Shown: positions 27,301-39,218, numbered from the stretch's first letter. The stretch: 64,000 bases of DNA from Candidatus Nitrospinota bacterium M3_3B_026 (GCA_051418015.1 JBPRGF010000017.1:311706-375705), one strand, 5' to 3'. A program made the numbers and translations. Notes: generated by a model not told the origin, from the sequence alone.

Positions 27301-28852
27301 GCCGCCGCACCACGACATATACTCGATCGAGGATCTGGCTCAGTTGATCTTTGACCTGAAAAACGCCAACAACAAGGCCAGGATAAACGTCAAACTCGTC
27401 TCCGAGGTGGGAGTGGGGACGATCGCCGCGGGGGTCGCCAAGGGGCACGCGGAGGCGGTCCTCATCTCCGGCCACGACGGAGGCACCGGCGCCTCGCCCG
27501 TAAGCTCGATAAAGCACGCGGGGCTGCCCTGGGAGTTGGGCGTGGCGGAGACACACCAGGTCCTCATGCGCAACAACCTGCGGGACAGGATAGTAGTCCA
27601 GACCGACGGCAGGATCATGACCGGGCGGGACGTGGCCGTCGCCGCGCTGCTCGGCGCGGAGGAATGGGGAACGGCCACGGCGGCGCTGGTAGTCTCCGGC
27701 TGCGTGATGATGAGGCAGTGTCACATGAACTCCTGCCCCGTCGGCATCGCCACCCAGGACCCGGGGCTGCGCAAGTTCTACACCGGCAGGCCGGAACACG
27801 TGGTGAACTTCTTCCGGTTCATGGCCCGGGAGTTGCGCGAAATCATGGCCACGCTGGGCTTCAGGACGGTCAACGAGATGGTGGGCAGAGTGGACAAGCT
27901 CGTCCCCCGCAAGAAGATAAAAAACTGGAAAGCCAGAAGCCTCGACTTTGGCGGACTGCTCACCGCCGAGGAGGCCCCGAAGAGCAGGCCATACTGCTGC
28001 GTCCCGCAGGATTTCGGCCTGGAGGACGCCCTGGACAACAGGCTGGTCGAGATGGCCCGGCCGGCGCTGGAGCGCGGGAAGCCCGTGAAGAAGGGGTTCG
28101 AGATCAGGAACATCAACAGGACGGCGGGGGCGATGCTCTCCGCCGAGGTCTCGCGCCGGTACGGCGAGGCGGGCCTGCCGGACGATACCATACACTTCAA
28201 GGTCAAGGGCTCCGCCGGCCAGAGCTTCGCGGCCTTCGGGGCGAGGGGGATCACCTTCGAGCTCGAGGGCGAGGCCAACGACTACTTCTGCAAGGGCCTG
28301 TCCGGCGCGAGGGTCATCCTCTACCCGCCGAAGGGGTCCACTTTCAACCCGAACGAGAACGTCATAGTGGGCAACGTCGCCTTCTACGGCGCCACGTCGG
28401 GCGAGGCGTACATCCGCGGGCTGGCCGGCGAGCGGTTCTGTGTGCGAAACTCCGGCGCCAGGGTGGTGGTGGAGTCCGTGGGTGACCACGGCTGCGAATA
28501 CATGACTGGTGGACGCGCCGTCATAATAGGCCCCGTCGGGCGCAACTTCGCCGCCGGGATGAGCGGTGGCATCGCTTATATCCTCGACCTCGACGGCAAG
28601 TCGCGCCACAGGATAAACACTCAGATGGTGGATATTGAGAGCCTGGAGGACGAGGCGGAGACGGCCGAGGTCAAAGGCATGATAGAAAACCACCAGACCC
28701 TCACAGGCTCCGTCATGGCGCGCAAAGTGCTGGACTCATGGGAGGCCATGGTCCCCAAGTTCATAAAGGTCATGCCCAGGGATTACAAGAGAGCCCTGGC
28801 CGAGCTGGCCGCGGAGGCGGCGGCCCAGAATAGAGAAGAGGTGCAAGTCTAG
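24308..28852 (+). CDS. gltB: Glutamate synthase large subunit
   Basis: EHDACGVGF N-terminal nucleophile, HSRFSTNT, QGAKPGEGGQL, CVMMRQCHMNSCPVG [3Fe-4S] motif. Confidence 0.98.
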   Translation: MNDNLKTGGGLYDPRFEHDACGVGFIADLNAGKSHWIVERGLEILRNLEHRGAVGAEKNSGDGAGIQTQLPHEFFLKEAARIGMSLPGPGDYGVGMVFLPRDNSKIEKIKSLFERASKELGQEVIGWRAVPTDNSNIGESVKKVEPAIEQVIIKRGGDAKDQAAFERKLYVIRKYATRLIHESGLDDEKHFYVPSLSCGTITYKGMLTAPQLAEYYPDLSDESFTSALALAHSRFSTNTFPSWPLAQPFRYLAHNGEINTLRGNINWMRARESLFESELFTDEEIKKLLPIIDEGRSDSAIIDNAVELLALAGRQLPHVMMTLIPEAWENDHEMSEAKKAFYEYHGTLMEPWDGPASIAFTDGHVIGATLDRNGLRPSRYLLTHDNIVVMASEAGVIDVAPENVKLKGRLQPGRMFVASLDENRIIPDEEIKERMCSGKPYAKWLAAGKIELSSLKAPKRIVQPDHGAMIQRQKLFGYTKEDLRILLAPMANDGKEPIGSMGSDTPLAVLSDKAHPLFNYFYQLFAQVTNPPIDSIREESVMSLVTFVGPQKNLLSETPESCRVIELPHPVLTEEEVEKLRAVDKSHFQATSIPMVFKAGEGEGRLKKALDRICAHASEAVEEGYNVIILSDREADSDHAAIPSLLAVSAVHHHLIREGTRARCGIVVETGEARETHHFALLLGYGASGVCPYLAFETLEDMRKRGMLKEGITKEQARKNYIKAVNKGLLKIMSKMGISTLQSYVGAQIFEAVGLGREVVDRYFTGTASRLGGIGLDIVEMEALTRHKSAHPDTPMVGFDGLDDGGQYKWRARGERHSYNPNTIAILQRATRNNDYELFKDYARQVNDQTRELNTLRGLLEFSHPEPVPIGEVEPEEEIVKRFFTGAMSFGSISREAHETLAIAMNRIGGRSNSGEGGEDPERFNIRPNGDNPRSAIKQVASGRFGVTSHYLVNADELQIKMAQGAKPGEGGQLPGRKVDKTIARVRHSTPGVGLISPPPHHDIYSIEDLAQLIFDLKNANNKARINVKLVSEVGVGTIAAGVAKGHAEAVLISGHDGGTGASPVSSIKHAGLPWELGVAETHQVLMRNNLRDRIVVQTDGRIMTGRDVAVAALLGAEEWGTATAALVVSGCVMMRQCHMNSCPVGIATQDPGLRKFYTGRPEHVVNFFRFMARELREIMATLGFRTVNEMVGRVDKLVPRKKIKNWKARSLDFGGLLTAEEAPKSRPYCCVPQDFGLEDALDNRLVEMARPALERGKPVKKGFEIRNINRTAGAMLSAEVSRRYGEAGLPDDTIHFKVKGSAGQSFAAFGARGITFELEGEANDYFCKGLSGARVILYPPKGSTFNPNENVIVGNVAFYGATSGEAYIRGLAGERFCVRNSGARVVVESVGDHGCEYMTGGRAVIIGPVGRNFAAGMSGGIAYILDLDGKSRHRINTQMVDIESLEDEAETAEVKGMIENHQTLTGSVMARKVLDSWEAMVPKFIKVMPRDYKRALAELAAEAAAQNREEVQV

Positions 28853-30319
28853 ATGGGAAAGCCAACGGGTTTCAGGGAATACAAACGCAAGACGCACGGC
28901 TATCAGCCGGCCATTGAGCGCATAAAACATTTCAGGGAGTTCATGATCCCGCTGGAAAAGGATGAGCTGCGGACACAGGCGGCGAGGTGCATGGACTGCG
29001 GCACGCCGTTTTGCCACCCGAGCTGCCCGCTCCACAACGTAATCCCCGACTTCAACGACCACGTGTACCGGGGCGAGTGGGAAGAGGCCGCCGGGACCCT
29101 CCTTTCCACCAACAATTTTCCGGAGTTTACGGGCAGGGTCTGTCCGGCCCTGTGCGAGTCCGGCTGCGTCCTCGGCAAGGTGCTGGATCCGGTGGCGATC
29201 AAGAACATCGAGCTGGCCATAATAGAGACCGCCTGGGAGAACGGATGGATGAAGCCGTCCCCTCCCGCCAGGCGAACGGGCGAAAAAGTGGCCGTGGTCG
29301 GCTCCGGCCCCGCGGGGCTGGCCGCCGCGGACCAGCTGAACAAGGCCGGTCACGACGTTACCGTCTACGAGCGGGCGGACAGGGCCGGCGGCCTCCTGCG
29401 CTACGGCATACCGGACTTCAAGCTCGGCAAGGACATAGTACAGCGCCGCCTGGACCTCATGGCCGCGGAGGGGGTCGTCTTCAAGACGGGTGTCAACGTC
29501 GGCCCGGACGTTCCCATCGAGTCGCTGAGGCAGGAGCACAACGCCGTCGTCCTGGCCATCGGCTCGACCATCCCGCGCGACCTTCCCATACACGGCAGGG
29601 ACGCGAAGGGCGTCCACTTCGCCATGGACTTTCTGGCCCAGAGCAACAAGCGCCTGGCAGGTGATTCCATCCCTGAAGGCGAGGCCATATTCGCGAAAGA
29701 CAAACACGTCGTGGTCATAGGCGGAGGCGACACGGGATCGGACTGCGTGGGCGTCTCCAACAGGCAGGGCGCCGCAAGCGTGACCCAGCTTGAGCTTCTG
29801 CCGAGGCCTCCCGAGGGGCGAACCGAGCAGACCCCCTGGCCGACGCATCCCGGCCCGCGGATGTTCTCCACCTCCACCTCCCACGAGGAGGGGTGCCGCA
29901 GGGAATGGTCCGTGCTCACCAAAGAGTTCAAGAAAAACGCCAGCGGCGAGCTGACGGGCCTGAGCCTCGTGAGGATAGAGTGGAAAGACGGCAAGTTCAC
30001 GGAGATCCCCGGCTCGGATTTTGAGCTGAAGGCGGACCTTTGCTTCCTTGCCATGGGTTTTCTGTATCCGGACCCTAAGGGGACGATGGAGCCTTTGAGG
30101 CTTGAGACCGACGACCGGGGGAACATCAGGACTGACAAAAGCTACCAGACCAGCGTCGAGGGAGTCTTCGCCTGCGGCGACGCGAGGAGGGGCCAGTCGC
30201 TTGTTGTCTGGGCGATCTCCGAGGGCCGCGAGGCGGCCCGGGAGGTGGACAAATACCTGAACAGCGGCGCCAGCCGTCTGCCCTCCAACACTATCTCCCC
30301 TCTGGACCTGTCGGCCTGA
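28853..30319 (+). CDS. gltD: Glutamate synthase small subunit
   Basis: [45 protein letters not shown]. Confidence 0.97.
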   Translation: MGKPTGFREYKRKTHGYQPAIERIKHFREFMIPLEKDELRTQAARCMDCGTPFCHPSCPLHNVIPDFNDHVYRGEWEEAAGTLLSTNNFPEFTGRVCPALCESGCVLGKVLDPVAIKNIELAIIETAWENGWMKPSPPARRTGEKVAVVGSGPAGLAAADQLNKAGHDVTVYERADRAGGLLRYGIPDFKLGKDIVQRRLDLMAAEGVVFKTGVNVGPDVPIESLRQEHNAVVLAIGSTIPRDLPIHGRDAKGVHFAMDFLAQSNKRLAGDSIPEGEAIFAKDKHVVVIGGGDTGSDCVGVSNRQGAASVTQLELLPRPPEGRTEQTPWPTHPGPRMFSTSTSHEEGCRREWSVLTKEFKKNASGELTGLSLVRIEWKDGKFTEIPGSDFELKADLCFLAMGFLYPDPKGTMEPLRLETDDRGNIRTDKSYQTSVEGVFACGDARRGQSLVVWAISEGREAAREVDKYLNSGASRLPSNTISPLDLSA

Positions 30320-30377
30320 GCGGCGCTCCCGCCGGTATAAAAAGTTGCGGGACCGCCGCCCGATCCGTATAAAATGA

Positions 30378-31904
<1,527 letters not shown>

Positions 31905-31938
31905 CGGTCAGGCCGCTGTCACGCGTGGAGATTGCGTC

Positions 31939-32334
31939 ATGAAGCTGAAGCTTCTGCTGCCGGAAAGGGTCCTGCTCGAGGAGGAGGTGGAAAAGGTCAT
32001 CGCGGAGGGCCGCGCCGGGCGTTTCTGTCTGCTGCCGCGCCACGTCAGCTTCGTCGCCGCCCTTGTCCCGGGGATACTTTCCTACACCGGGGCGGATGGG
32101 CGGGAGAAGTACGCCGCCGTGGACGAGGGGATACTCATAAAGATAGGCGGCGAGACACGCGTCTCCGTGAGGGACGCCGTGACGGGGGAGAATCTCGCCG
32201 AACTCGAGGAGACCGTGGCCGCGCGCTTCGAAAAGCTCGACGAACACGAGAAGATGGCGCGCTCGGCCCTGGCGCGGCTGGAGGCCGGGGCGATCCGCAG
32301 GTTCATGGAGATGGGAAAGACGGTTTATGAATAA
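31939..32334 (+). CDS. atpC: N-type ATPase epsilon subunit
   Basis: LLPRHVSFVAALVPGIL...AVDEGILIK, ARSALARLEAG. Confidence 0.9.
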   Translation: MKLKLLLPERVLLEEEVEKVIAEGRAGRFCLLPRHVSFVAALVPGILSYTGADGREKYAAVDEGILIKIGGETRVSVRDAVTGENLAELEETVAARFEKLDEHEKMARSALARLEAGAIRRFMEMGKTVYE

Positions 32335-32644
32335 AGCGCCCCGGGAGGACGAAGACGAAGACGACAGGCGGGCGCTGAGCGAAAAACTCGCGCGCAAGGT
32401 CGAAAGAAGGCTCAAGGCCAGGGGCGAGAGGGACAGGAGCGTCTGGTTCGGCCTCGGCATGTTCGGGCTTGTCGGCTGGTCGGTGGCCATCCCCACCCTG
32501 ATCGGAGTGGCGGCGGGGCTGTGGCTGGACAAGAACTGGCCTTCCGGAAAAGTCTCGTGGACGCTGACGCTGCTGGTCATCGGAGTGGCCGTGGGATGCT
32601 GGAACGCGTGGTACTGGGTGAAACAGGAGAGCGGGGAGGAGTGA
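32327..32644 (+). CDS. atpQ: N-ATPase AtpQ
   Basis: SVWFGLGMFGLVGWSVAIPTLIG..GLWLD..GCWNAWYWV. Confidence 0.88.
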   Translation: MNKAPREDEDEDDRRALSEKLARKVERRLKARGERDRSVWFGLGMFGLVGWSVAIPTLIGVAAGLWLDKNWPSGKVSWTLTLLVIGVAVGCWNAWYWVKQESGEE

Positions 32645-32645
32645 C

Positions 32646-32951
32646 ATGGACGGCGTTTCGCCGATTCGGGCGCTGGCCGGAGCGGCCGGGTTTTCGCTCG
32701 CGGGCGCGGGGCTGGGGTTTTTGTATTTTTACGCTCTCTGGATGACGGTTCGAAAGCTGCCGCGCCTGGAGCGCCCCCGGCGGGCGGCGGCGCTGAGCTT
32801 CGCCGCGCGGGCCGCGGTCGTCCTGTCCGGTTTTTACGCCGCCGCGCTGGAGGGCGGGCCGTGGAACGTCCTTGCGCTGGCGCTGGGTTTTGCCCTGGCG
32901 CGGGGCGTCCTCATCCGACGCGCCGTCTCATCCGGAGAGGCGCCGTCATGA
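32646..32951 (+). CDS. atpR: N-ATPase AtpR
   Basis: G.LYFYALWMTV, SFAAR, GFALAR (Arg-containing TM helices); position in the operon. Confidence 0.85.
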   Translation: MDGVSPIRALAGAAGFSLAGAGLGFLYFYALWMTVRKLPRLERPRRAAALSFAARAAVVLSGFYAAALEGGPWNVLALALGFALARGVLIRRAVSSGEAPS

Positions 32952-33679
32952 GGCTGACGCCGGATGTCGTCGTCATCTGGCAATGGGGGCCGGTGTCCCT
33001 GAACGCCACGATACTTTTCACATGGCTGGTCATGGCCATCCTGACGGGCGTCTCTATCCTCGTCACGCGTTCGCTCACCTCGGACGAGAACATATCAAAG
33101 CGCCAGAACCTCATCGAGTCGCTGGTCTCCATCATGCGCGACCAGATCCGGGAGGTGGTCCGCCAGGACCCGGGGCTGTATCTGCCCTTCGTGGGAACGC
33201 TTTTTCTGTTCATAGCCATGTCGAACCTGCTCGCCATCGTCCCCGGCTACATGCCCCCTACGGGGTCGCTTTCCACCACCACGGCGCTGGCCATCTGCGT
33301 CTTCATCGCGGTTCCCCTTTACGGGATAGCAAGCCAGGGGCTGATCGGGTACATGAAGCTTTACGTCCAGCCGACGCTGATAATGCTGCCGTTCAACATA
33401 CTGGGCGAGCTGTCGCGGACCATCGCGCTGGCCTTCCGCCTCTACGGCAACATAATGAGCGGGACGTTCATCGCGGCGATATTCCTCGGCCTCGCGCCCC
33501 TGTTCTTTCCGATAATCATGCAGGCGCTGGGGCTCCTTACGGGGATGATACAGGCCTACATATTCGCCATCCTGGCGATGGTGTACATAGCTTCCGCCAC
33601 GACGACGCACGAGAAGGTCGAAGTCTCGCGCGGCGGGGAGGCGGGAGAGAAAAACTCAAACAGCGAAGGAGAAAAATAG
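32948..33679 (+). CDS. atpB: N-type ATPase subunit a
   Basis: PPTGSLSTT, ELSRTIALAFRLYGNIMSG, IQAYIFAILAMVYI. Confidence 0.93.
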   Translation: MRLTPDVVVIWQWGPVSLNATILFTWLVMAILTGVSILVTRSLTSDENISKRQNLIESLVSIMRDQIREVVRQDPGLYLPFVGTLFLFIAMSNLLAIVPGYMPPTGSLSTTTALAICVFIAVPLYGIASQGLIGYMKLYVQPTLIMLPFNILGELSRTIALAFRLYGNIMSGTFIAAIFLGLAPLFFPIIMQALGLLTGMIQAYIFAILAMVYIASATTTHEKVEVSRGGEAGEKNSNSEGEK

Positions 33680-33680
33680 C

Positions 33681-33965
33681 ATGGATTACCTTGGACTGAT
33701 AGGCGCCGTGTCGATAGCCACGGCCGGGCTGACCATCGCCATCGGCTCCATCGGCCCGGCGCTGGGGGAGGGGCGCGCCGTCTCCGACGCGCTAAAGTCG
33801 ATCGCCCAGCAGCCGGACGAAACCAACACCATTACCAGGACGCTGTTCGTGGGGCTGGCCATGGTGGAGTCCACGGCGATCTACTGCTTCGTGGTGGCGA
33901 TGATAGTCCTGTTCGCGAACCCGTTCTGGAGCTATTTCCTGGAGCGGGCCGGAGGGGGGCAATAG
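33681..33965 (+). CDS. atpE: N-type ATPase subunit c
   Basis: GPALGEG, AQQPD, ESTAIY. Confidence 0.95.
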   Translation: MDYLGLIGAVSIATAGLTIAIGSIGPALGEGRAVSDALKSIAQQPDETNTITRTLFVGLAMVESTAIYCFVVAMIVLFANPFWSYFLERAGGGQ

Positions 33966-34736
33966 ATGCTCATAGACTGGTTCACGGTCTTCGCCCAGAT
34001 CGTAAACTTTTTAATACTGGTCTACCTTCTCAAAAGGTTTCTCTACAAGCCGATCGTGAACGCCATGGCCGAGCGGGAAAAGCGTATAGCCTCCCGCCTC
34101 GAGGAGGCCGCGGCGAAGACGGCCCGGGCCGAGGCCGAGGAGGCGTCCTATAAGCAGATGCGCGGCGAGCTGGAGGAGACCCGCGAAAAGCTGCTGGAGG
34201 GGGCTGAAAGGGAGGCGGGGGAGAAAAGAAAGGAGCTCCTGGCCGAGGCGCGCGACGAGGTGGACAAGATAAGGAGCATATGGGAGGACGAGCTGGAAAG
34301 GGACAAGGAAACCTTTCTGCGCCAACTCCGCCAGAGGACGGCCGACCGCATGGTCTCCATCTTGCGGGCCGCGCTTGAGGAGATGGCCGGGGCGAGCCTT
34401 GAGCGCGAGGTGGCGCGGGCCTTCCTGGCAAGGCTCAAGAGCCTGGACGCGAAAGAGCGCGAAGCCATCGCGGAAACCCTGGGCAAAAACGGCGGAGGCG
34501 TGACGGTCGTCAGCGGGTTCGATCTGCCGCCGGAGATCAGGGAGAAGATATCGGAAAGCCTGCGCGATATCATCGGCGCCGAGGCGCGGTTTGAGACATC
34601 ACCCGAGCCGATCATGGGGATAGAAATAGAGGCGGGAGGCCGGAGGATCGAGTGGAGCCTCGCGGGCTACCTCGCCGGCCTCGAGGAGGAGCTGCGGGCG
34701 GCGATATCCAAAAACAGGTCCGGGGGCGAGCGGTAG
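33966..34736 (+). CDS. atpF: N-type ATPase subunit b (long, with a delta-like C-terminus)
   Basis: MLIDWFTVFAQIVNFLILVYLLKRFLYKP, coiled coil, GIEIEAGG..IEWS. Confidence 0.92.
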   Translation: MLIDWFTVFAQIVNFLILVYLLKRFLYKPIVNAMAEREKRIASRLEEAAAKTARAEAEEASYKQMRGELEETREKLLEGAEREAGEKRKELLAEARDEVDKIRSIWEDELERDKETFLRQLRQRTADRMVSILRAALEEMAGASLEREVARAFLARLKSLDAKEREAIAETLGKNGGGVTVVSGFDLPPEIREKISESLRDIIGAEARFETSPEPIMGIEIEAGGRRIEWSLAGYLAGLEEELRAAISKNRSGGER

Positions 34737-34739
34737 GTC

Positions 34740-36248
34740 ATGCTCGAAGAGCTGCTGGAGGAGACGCTGGGCGTCATAGACAGGGCCGCCGGGAACACCG
34801 GGGGCGCCATCCGCCGCTCCGAGATCGGCGTCATAGACGACGTGGGGCACGGCATAGCGCGGGTGAAGGGGCTGCCGGGGGCCAAGTACGAGGAGCTTAT
34901 CCGTTTCCCGGGCGGCGCGCTGGGCGTGGCTCTCGATCTTGACCCGGATGAGATAGGCGTGGCCCTGCTGGACGAGTCGGCGGACATAAACGCCGGGGCC
35001 AGGGTTCACAGGACGGGCAGGACGGTGGATACGCCGGTTGGGTATGGACTTCTTGGCAGGGTGGTGGACGGCGCCGGCAGGCCGCTGGACGAGCGCGGGC
35101 TGGTGGATTTTCTTGAGCGGCGGCCCGTGGAGAAGACGGCCCCGCCCATCATAAACCGCGCCCCGGTCACGGTCCCTTTGCAGACCGGCCTGAAGGTGGT
35201 GGATGCCCTTGTCCCCATAGGCAGGGGCCAACGCGAGCTGATCCTCGGGGACCGGCAGACCGGCAAGACGGCCATAGCCGTGGACGCCATGATAAACCAG
35301 AAGGACAAGGGCGTGATCTGCGTCTATTGCGCCATAGGCCAGCGGTCCTCCGCCGTGGCCAAGGTGGTGGCGGCCCTGCGCTCTGGCGGGGCCATGGACA
35401 GCACCCTGGTGGTCATGGCCGGAGGGGAGGACCCGCCTGGGCTGCAGTTCATAACCCCCTACGCCGCGACGGCCATGGCGGAGTACTTCATGGAGCGCGG
35501 CCGCGACGTCCTGATCGTCTACGACGACCTGACCCGCCACGCCAGGGCGTACCGGGAGCTTTCCCTGCTGCTGCGCCGCCCGCCGGGGAGGGAGGCGTAT
35601 CCGGGGGATATTTTCTACATACACTCGAGGCTGCTGGAGCGCTCCACCCATCTGCGGGAGGAGAGCGGCGGAGGGTCGCTGACGGCGCTGCCCATAATCG
35701 AAACCCAGGCGCAGAACGTGGCCGCCTATATCCCCACCAACCTGATCTCCATAACCGACGGGCAAATATACCTGTCGCCGGAGCTTTTCCAGAAAGGTTT
35801 TTTCCCCGCCGTGGACGTGGGCAAATCCGTCTCCCGCGTGGGGGGCAAAGCCCAGTTGCCGGGATATCTTTCCGTTGCGGGGGCGCTGAGGCTGTCGTAC
35901 TCCCAGTTCGAGGAGATGGAGACCTTCGCCAGGTTCGGGACACGGCTTGACAAAGCGACCCGCGAAACCATCGAGAGGGGCAGGCGCGTTCGGGAGGCGT
36001 TGAAGCAACCGCAGTTCTCTCCCCTCTCCGCCTGCGAGCAGCTGATAAGCCTGACGGCGGTGACGGAGGGGGTTTTCGACGGGATCGGCCTTCCATCGAT
36101 CGCCGCCGCGGAAAAAAGAATTATAGACGCCGTCACGAAAAAAGCGCCCGAAATATGTGAAAAAATCCATGACGGCGGCCAGATCACCGGCGAAATGAAG
36201 AAAAAGATAATCGACATCGCCCTGGAAACCGTCAAAGAGCTTTCCTGA
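34740..36248 (+). CDS. atpA: N-type ATPase alpha subunit
   Basis: [41 protein letters not shown]. Confidence 0.96.
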   Translation: MLEELLEETLGVIDRAAGNTGGAIRRSEIGVIDDVGHGIARVKGLPGAKYEELIRFPGGALGVALDLDPDEIGVALLDESADINAGARVHRTGRTVDTPVGYGLLGRVVDGAGRPLDERGLVDFLERRPVEKTAPPIINRAPVTVPLQTGLKVVDALVPIGRGQRELILGDRQTGKTAIAVDAMINQKDKGVICVYCAIGQRSSAVAKVVAALRSGGAMDSTLVVMAGGEDPPGLQFITPYAATAMAEYFMERGRDVLIVYDDLTRHARAYRELSLLLRRPPGREAYPGDIFYIHSRLLERSTHLREESGGGSLTALPIIETQAQNVAAYIPTNLISITDGQIYLSPELFQKGFFPAVDVGKSVSRVGGKAQLPGYLSVAGALRLSYSQFEEMETFARFGTRLDKATRETIERGRRVREALKQPQFSPLSACEQLISLTAVTEGVFDGIGLPSIAAAEKRIIDAVTKKAPEICEKIHDGGQITGEMKKKIIDIALETVKELS

Positions 36249-36269
36249 ACGGACGGAAAGGAAAATCCC

Positions 36270-37154
36270 GTGGAGACGATCGAGACCCTGAAGCGCAGGA
36301 TGGAGAGCGTAGAGGGGTTGAAGTCCGTCGTCCGGGCCATGAAAACCCTCTCCGCCGTCAGCATCCGCCAGTACGAAAAGGCTGTGAAGGCCGTGAACGA
36401 GTATTACGGCGGCGTGGAGCTGGGGCTTTCCGCCGTCATGCGAAAGGAGGACGTCCGGCCCGGCCCTTCGCGCCATCGCGGCCCCGGCCGCCTGATCGCC
36501 GTGGTCATCGGGTCAGACCATGGCCTGTGCGGGCAGTTCAACGACCGCGTTGTCAACCACGCCCTGAAGGAGGCGCCAGGCCGTCCGGAGCCGAAGGAGG
36601 GCGGGCTCATCCTGGCGGTGGGCGCCCGGGCGCTGGCCAAGCTCGAGAACGCGGGGCATCCCCCTGCCGGATCCATCATGACCCCCAGCGCCATCAGCGG
36701 AGTCAAGACCGCGGCCCGGAAGATACTGCTGACGGTCGACGAATGGAGGTCCGAAACCGGCCTGGACCAGGTGATCCTGTACCACAACTCCCCCCGTGGT
36801 GGAACGGCTTATGTCCCCGTTAGAAGCAGGCTGGCGCCGATCGATCTCGGCAGGTTCCTGAAGCGCGGAGGAAAACCCTGGCCCACCCGCTCGCTGCCGG
36901 CCTGCGCCATGGACAGAAAACAGATGCTCTCCATCCTCGTGCGCGAGTACCTGTTCGTAGCCACCTTCCGCGCCCTTGCAGAATCCCTGGCCAGCGAGCA
37001 CGCCAGCAGGCTCGCCGCCATGCAGGCCGCGGAGAAAAACATAGACAACCACCTGGTGGAAATCACTTCCCGGTTCAGGACGCTGCGGCAGGAGCTCATC
37101 ACCGCGGAGCTGCTGGATATCGTTTCCGGGTTCGAAGCCCAGAGACGCGGGTAA
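36270..37154 (+). CDS. atpG: N-type ATPase gamma subunit
   Basis: SVVRAMKTLSA, SDHGLCGQFN, SEHASRLAAMQAA, RQELITAELLDIVSG. Confidence 0.93.
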   Translation: METIETLKRRMESVEGLKSVVRAMKTLSAVSIRQYEKAVKAVNEYYGGVELGLSAVMRKEDVRPGPSRHRGPGRLIAVVIGSDHGLCGQFNDRVVNHALKEAPGRPEPKEGGLILAVGARALAKLENAGHPPAGSIMTPSAISGVKTAARKILLTVDEWRSETGLDQVILYHNSPRGGTAYVPVRSRLAPIDLGRFLKRGGKPWPTRSLPACAMDRKQMLSILVREYLFVATFRALAESLASEHASRLAAMQAAEKNIDNHLVEITSRFRTLRQELITAELLDIVSGFEAQRRG

Positions 37155-37299
37155 AACCGAATTTTCCGTTGATGGGCGTTTTATCGGCAGGTTCGCGAAT
37201 CCCTCCCGCCCAAACCGCCATCAGAATAATGAGCGTGGCGTCCGTGTGGCGCGAAAAAACCGGAAACCTTGGTCCGCCACAAGAAGGGGGAACAACGAC

Positions 37300-38574
37300 A
37301 TGAAGAAGCTGCTGATCCTCGGCGCGGGCACCGGGGGAACGATCCTCGCCAACACCCTCATACGCAGGCTGGACCCCAGACAATGGTCAGTGACCGTCAT
37401 TGACAAAGGAGACCTGCATTACTACCAGCCGGGGTATATATTCCTCCCCTTCAAGCTTTACGGCTACACCAGGCGCGACGACGTGGTGGAGCCTATCACG
37501 AAACCGCTGCCGGCCAAGGCGGAGTTCGTGAAGGCGGAGGTGAAGCTGATCGACCACGAGAAAAAGAGGGTGGAGACCACCGATGGCGTGTTCGCCTACG
37601 ACTGGCTGGTTCTGGCCATGGGCTGCGACATAAGGCCCGGTGAGGTGGACGGGCTGGCCGAGGCGATGGGGAAAGGCGCCGCGCACACGTTCTACAGCCT
37701 CGACGGGGCCATGAGGCTCCAGAGGGCCATCGAGAACATGAAGGAGGGAAGGCTCGTCCTCGATATAGCCGATATCCCCATAAAATGCCCCGTCGCCCCG
37801 ATCGAGTTCGTTTTCCTCGCCGACTATTACTTCCAGCAAAAGGGAGTTAGGAGCGGTATAGAGATAGATTACGTCACCCCCCTGGCGGGCGCGTTCACGA
37901 AACCGCAGGCCACGCGCGTCCTCTCCGGGATCGCGGAGGAAAAGGGGGTCAGAATAATCCCGAACTTCCCCATCTCCGAGGTGGACCATAAAAAGAAGGT
38001 CATCCGCTCATTCGACGGGGAGTCCGTCGAATACGACCTGCTGGTGACCGTGCCGCCGAACCTGGGGCCGGACGTGATAGACGAGTCCGGCCTGGGCGAT
38101 GGGGCCGGCTACGCGGTGATAGACGACAAGACCCTCAAGGTCAAAAAGGCGGAGAACGTCTACGCCCTGGGGGACAACACCAACGCGCCCACCTCCAAGG
38201 CCGGCGCCGTGGCGCACTTCGAGGCGGAAATCGTGGAGGAGAACATCCTGCGGGAAATTGAGGGCAAGGAGCCCCTGCCGGACTTCGACGGGCACTCGAA
38301 CTGCTTCATCGAATCCGGGTTCCACAAGGCGCTCCTTTTCGACTTCAATTACAAGACGGAGCCGCTGCCGGGGGTTTTCCCTCTGAAAGGAGTGGGGCCC
38401 TTCTCCCTTCTCAAGGAGAGCAGGCTGAACCACTGGGGGAAAATGGCCTTCAAGGACGTATACTGGAGCCTCCTGCTGCGCGGAAGGCTGCCGGGGGATC
38501 CGCTGCTGCCAGCGAGGATGAGCTACTCCGGCAAGGACATTTCCACGCTTGCCAGGGAACTTGAGGAGCAATAA
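37300..38574 (+). CDS. sqr: Sulfide:quinone oxidoreductase, type III-like
   Basis: ILGAGTGG, HYYQPG, IKCPVAPIE, SKAGAVAH, NCFIESG, NHWGK. Confidence 0.85.
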   Translation: MKKLLILGAGTGGTILANTLIRRLDPRQWSVTVIDKGDLHYYQPGYIFLPFKLYGYTRRDDVVEPITKPLPAKAEFVKAEVKLIDHEKKRVETTDGVFAYDWLVLAMGCDIRPGEVDGLAEAMGKGAAHTFYSLDGAMRLQRAIENMKEGRLVLDIADIPIKCPVAPIEFVFLADYYFQQKGVRSGIEIDYVTPLAGAFTKPQATRVLSGIAEEKGVRIIPNFPISEVDHKKKVIRSFDGESVEYDLLVTVPPNLGPDVIDESGLGDGAGYAVIDDKTLKVKKAENVYALGDNTNAPTSKAGAVAHFEAEIVEENILREIEGKEPLPDFDGHSNCFIESGFHKALLFDFNYKTEPLPGVFPLKGVGPFSLLKESRLNHWGKMAFKDVYWSLLLRGRLPGDPLLPARMSYSGKDISTLARELEEQ

Positions 38575-38653
38575 GGAAGGGCGCTCTCGGCGGAGGTTTC
38601 AGGGCGCGATGAAATTCTGTTTCAGGCTAAACCTGTACGGGGAGGAAGATCAC

Positions 38654-39016
38654 ATGACAAGAATAGTCCTGGCCTTGGGTGTTGTTATCATGTTCATGGC
38701 GGCCCCGCGGGCCATGGCGGACGCGGCGGCGGGCGAAAAGCTGTTCAACGGCGACGGCAGGTGCAAGACATGCCACAGAACCAGCGACAAGAAAAAAGTG
38801 GGCCCCGGCCTCAAGGGCGTCGTGGAGCGGGCGGGGGAGGACTGGCTGAGGGACTGGCTCAAAGACCCGCCGGCGGTGTGGAACGGCGACAACCCGTACA
38901 CCCTGGACCTTAAGAAGAAAATGAAAAAGGAAAGCAAGCCGAAGCCCACCCATAAGACAAGGAAGCTTACGGACCAGGAGGTAGGCGACTTGATAGATTT
39001 TTTCAAGACTCTCTGA
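38654..39016 (+). CDS. Small basic class I cytochrome c
   Basis: Signal peptide ending AMA; GEKLF..CKTCH..VGPGL..WLKDP..LTDQEV. Confidence 0.9.
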   Translation: MTRIVLALGVVIMFMAAPRAMADAAAGEKLFNGDGRCKTCHRTSDKKKVGPGLKGVVERAGEDWLRDWLKDPPAVWNGDNPYTLDLKKKMKKESKPKPTHKTRKLTDQEVGDLIDFFKTL

Positions 39017-39030
39017 GCGGACGGAACCAC

Positions 39031-39067
39031 GGGCCGCGCGTCAACGAAACGGCGCGCGGTCTTTTTT
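39031..39067 (+). terminator. Rho-independent terminator
   Basis: GGGCCGCGCGTC-loop-GGCGCGCGGTC followed by T6. Confidence 0.65.
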
Positions 39068-39069
39068 CA

Positions 39070-39156
39070 TGGTGCCGGAGGTCGGGATCGAACCGACACA
39101 TGGTCGCCCATACGGAATTTTGAGTCCCGCGCGTCTACCAGTTCCGCCACTCCGGC
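39070..39156 (-). tRNA. tRNA-Leu(CAA)
   Basis: GCCGGAGTGGCGGAACTGGTAGACGCGCGGGACTCAAAATTCCG...GGTTCGATCCCGACCTCCGGCACCA; long variable arm; encoded CCA. Confidence 0.96.
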
Positions 39157-39171
39157 TCCGCTCCGAAGGTT

Positions 39172-39200
39172 ATTATAGGACATGGCTGCGGCGCAGTCCA
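39172..39200 (-). promoter_or_regulatory. Sigma70 promoter for tRNA-Leu
   Basis: TGGACT-N17-TATAAT. Confidence 0.6.
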
Positions 39201-39218
39201 CACGCCCAGCGCAGCCTG

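Noticed and set aside
25664..28693. 1009-aa antisense ORF inside gltB
   Set aside because: Shadow frame caused by high-GC codon bias; it fully overlaps a confident gene and has no recognisable motifs.
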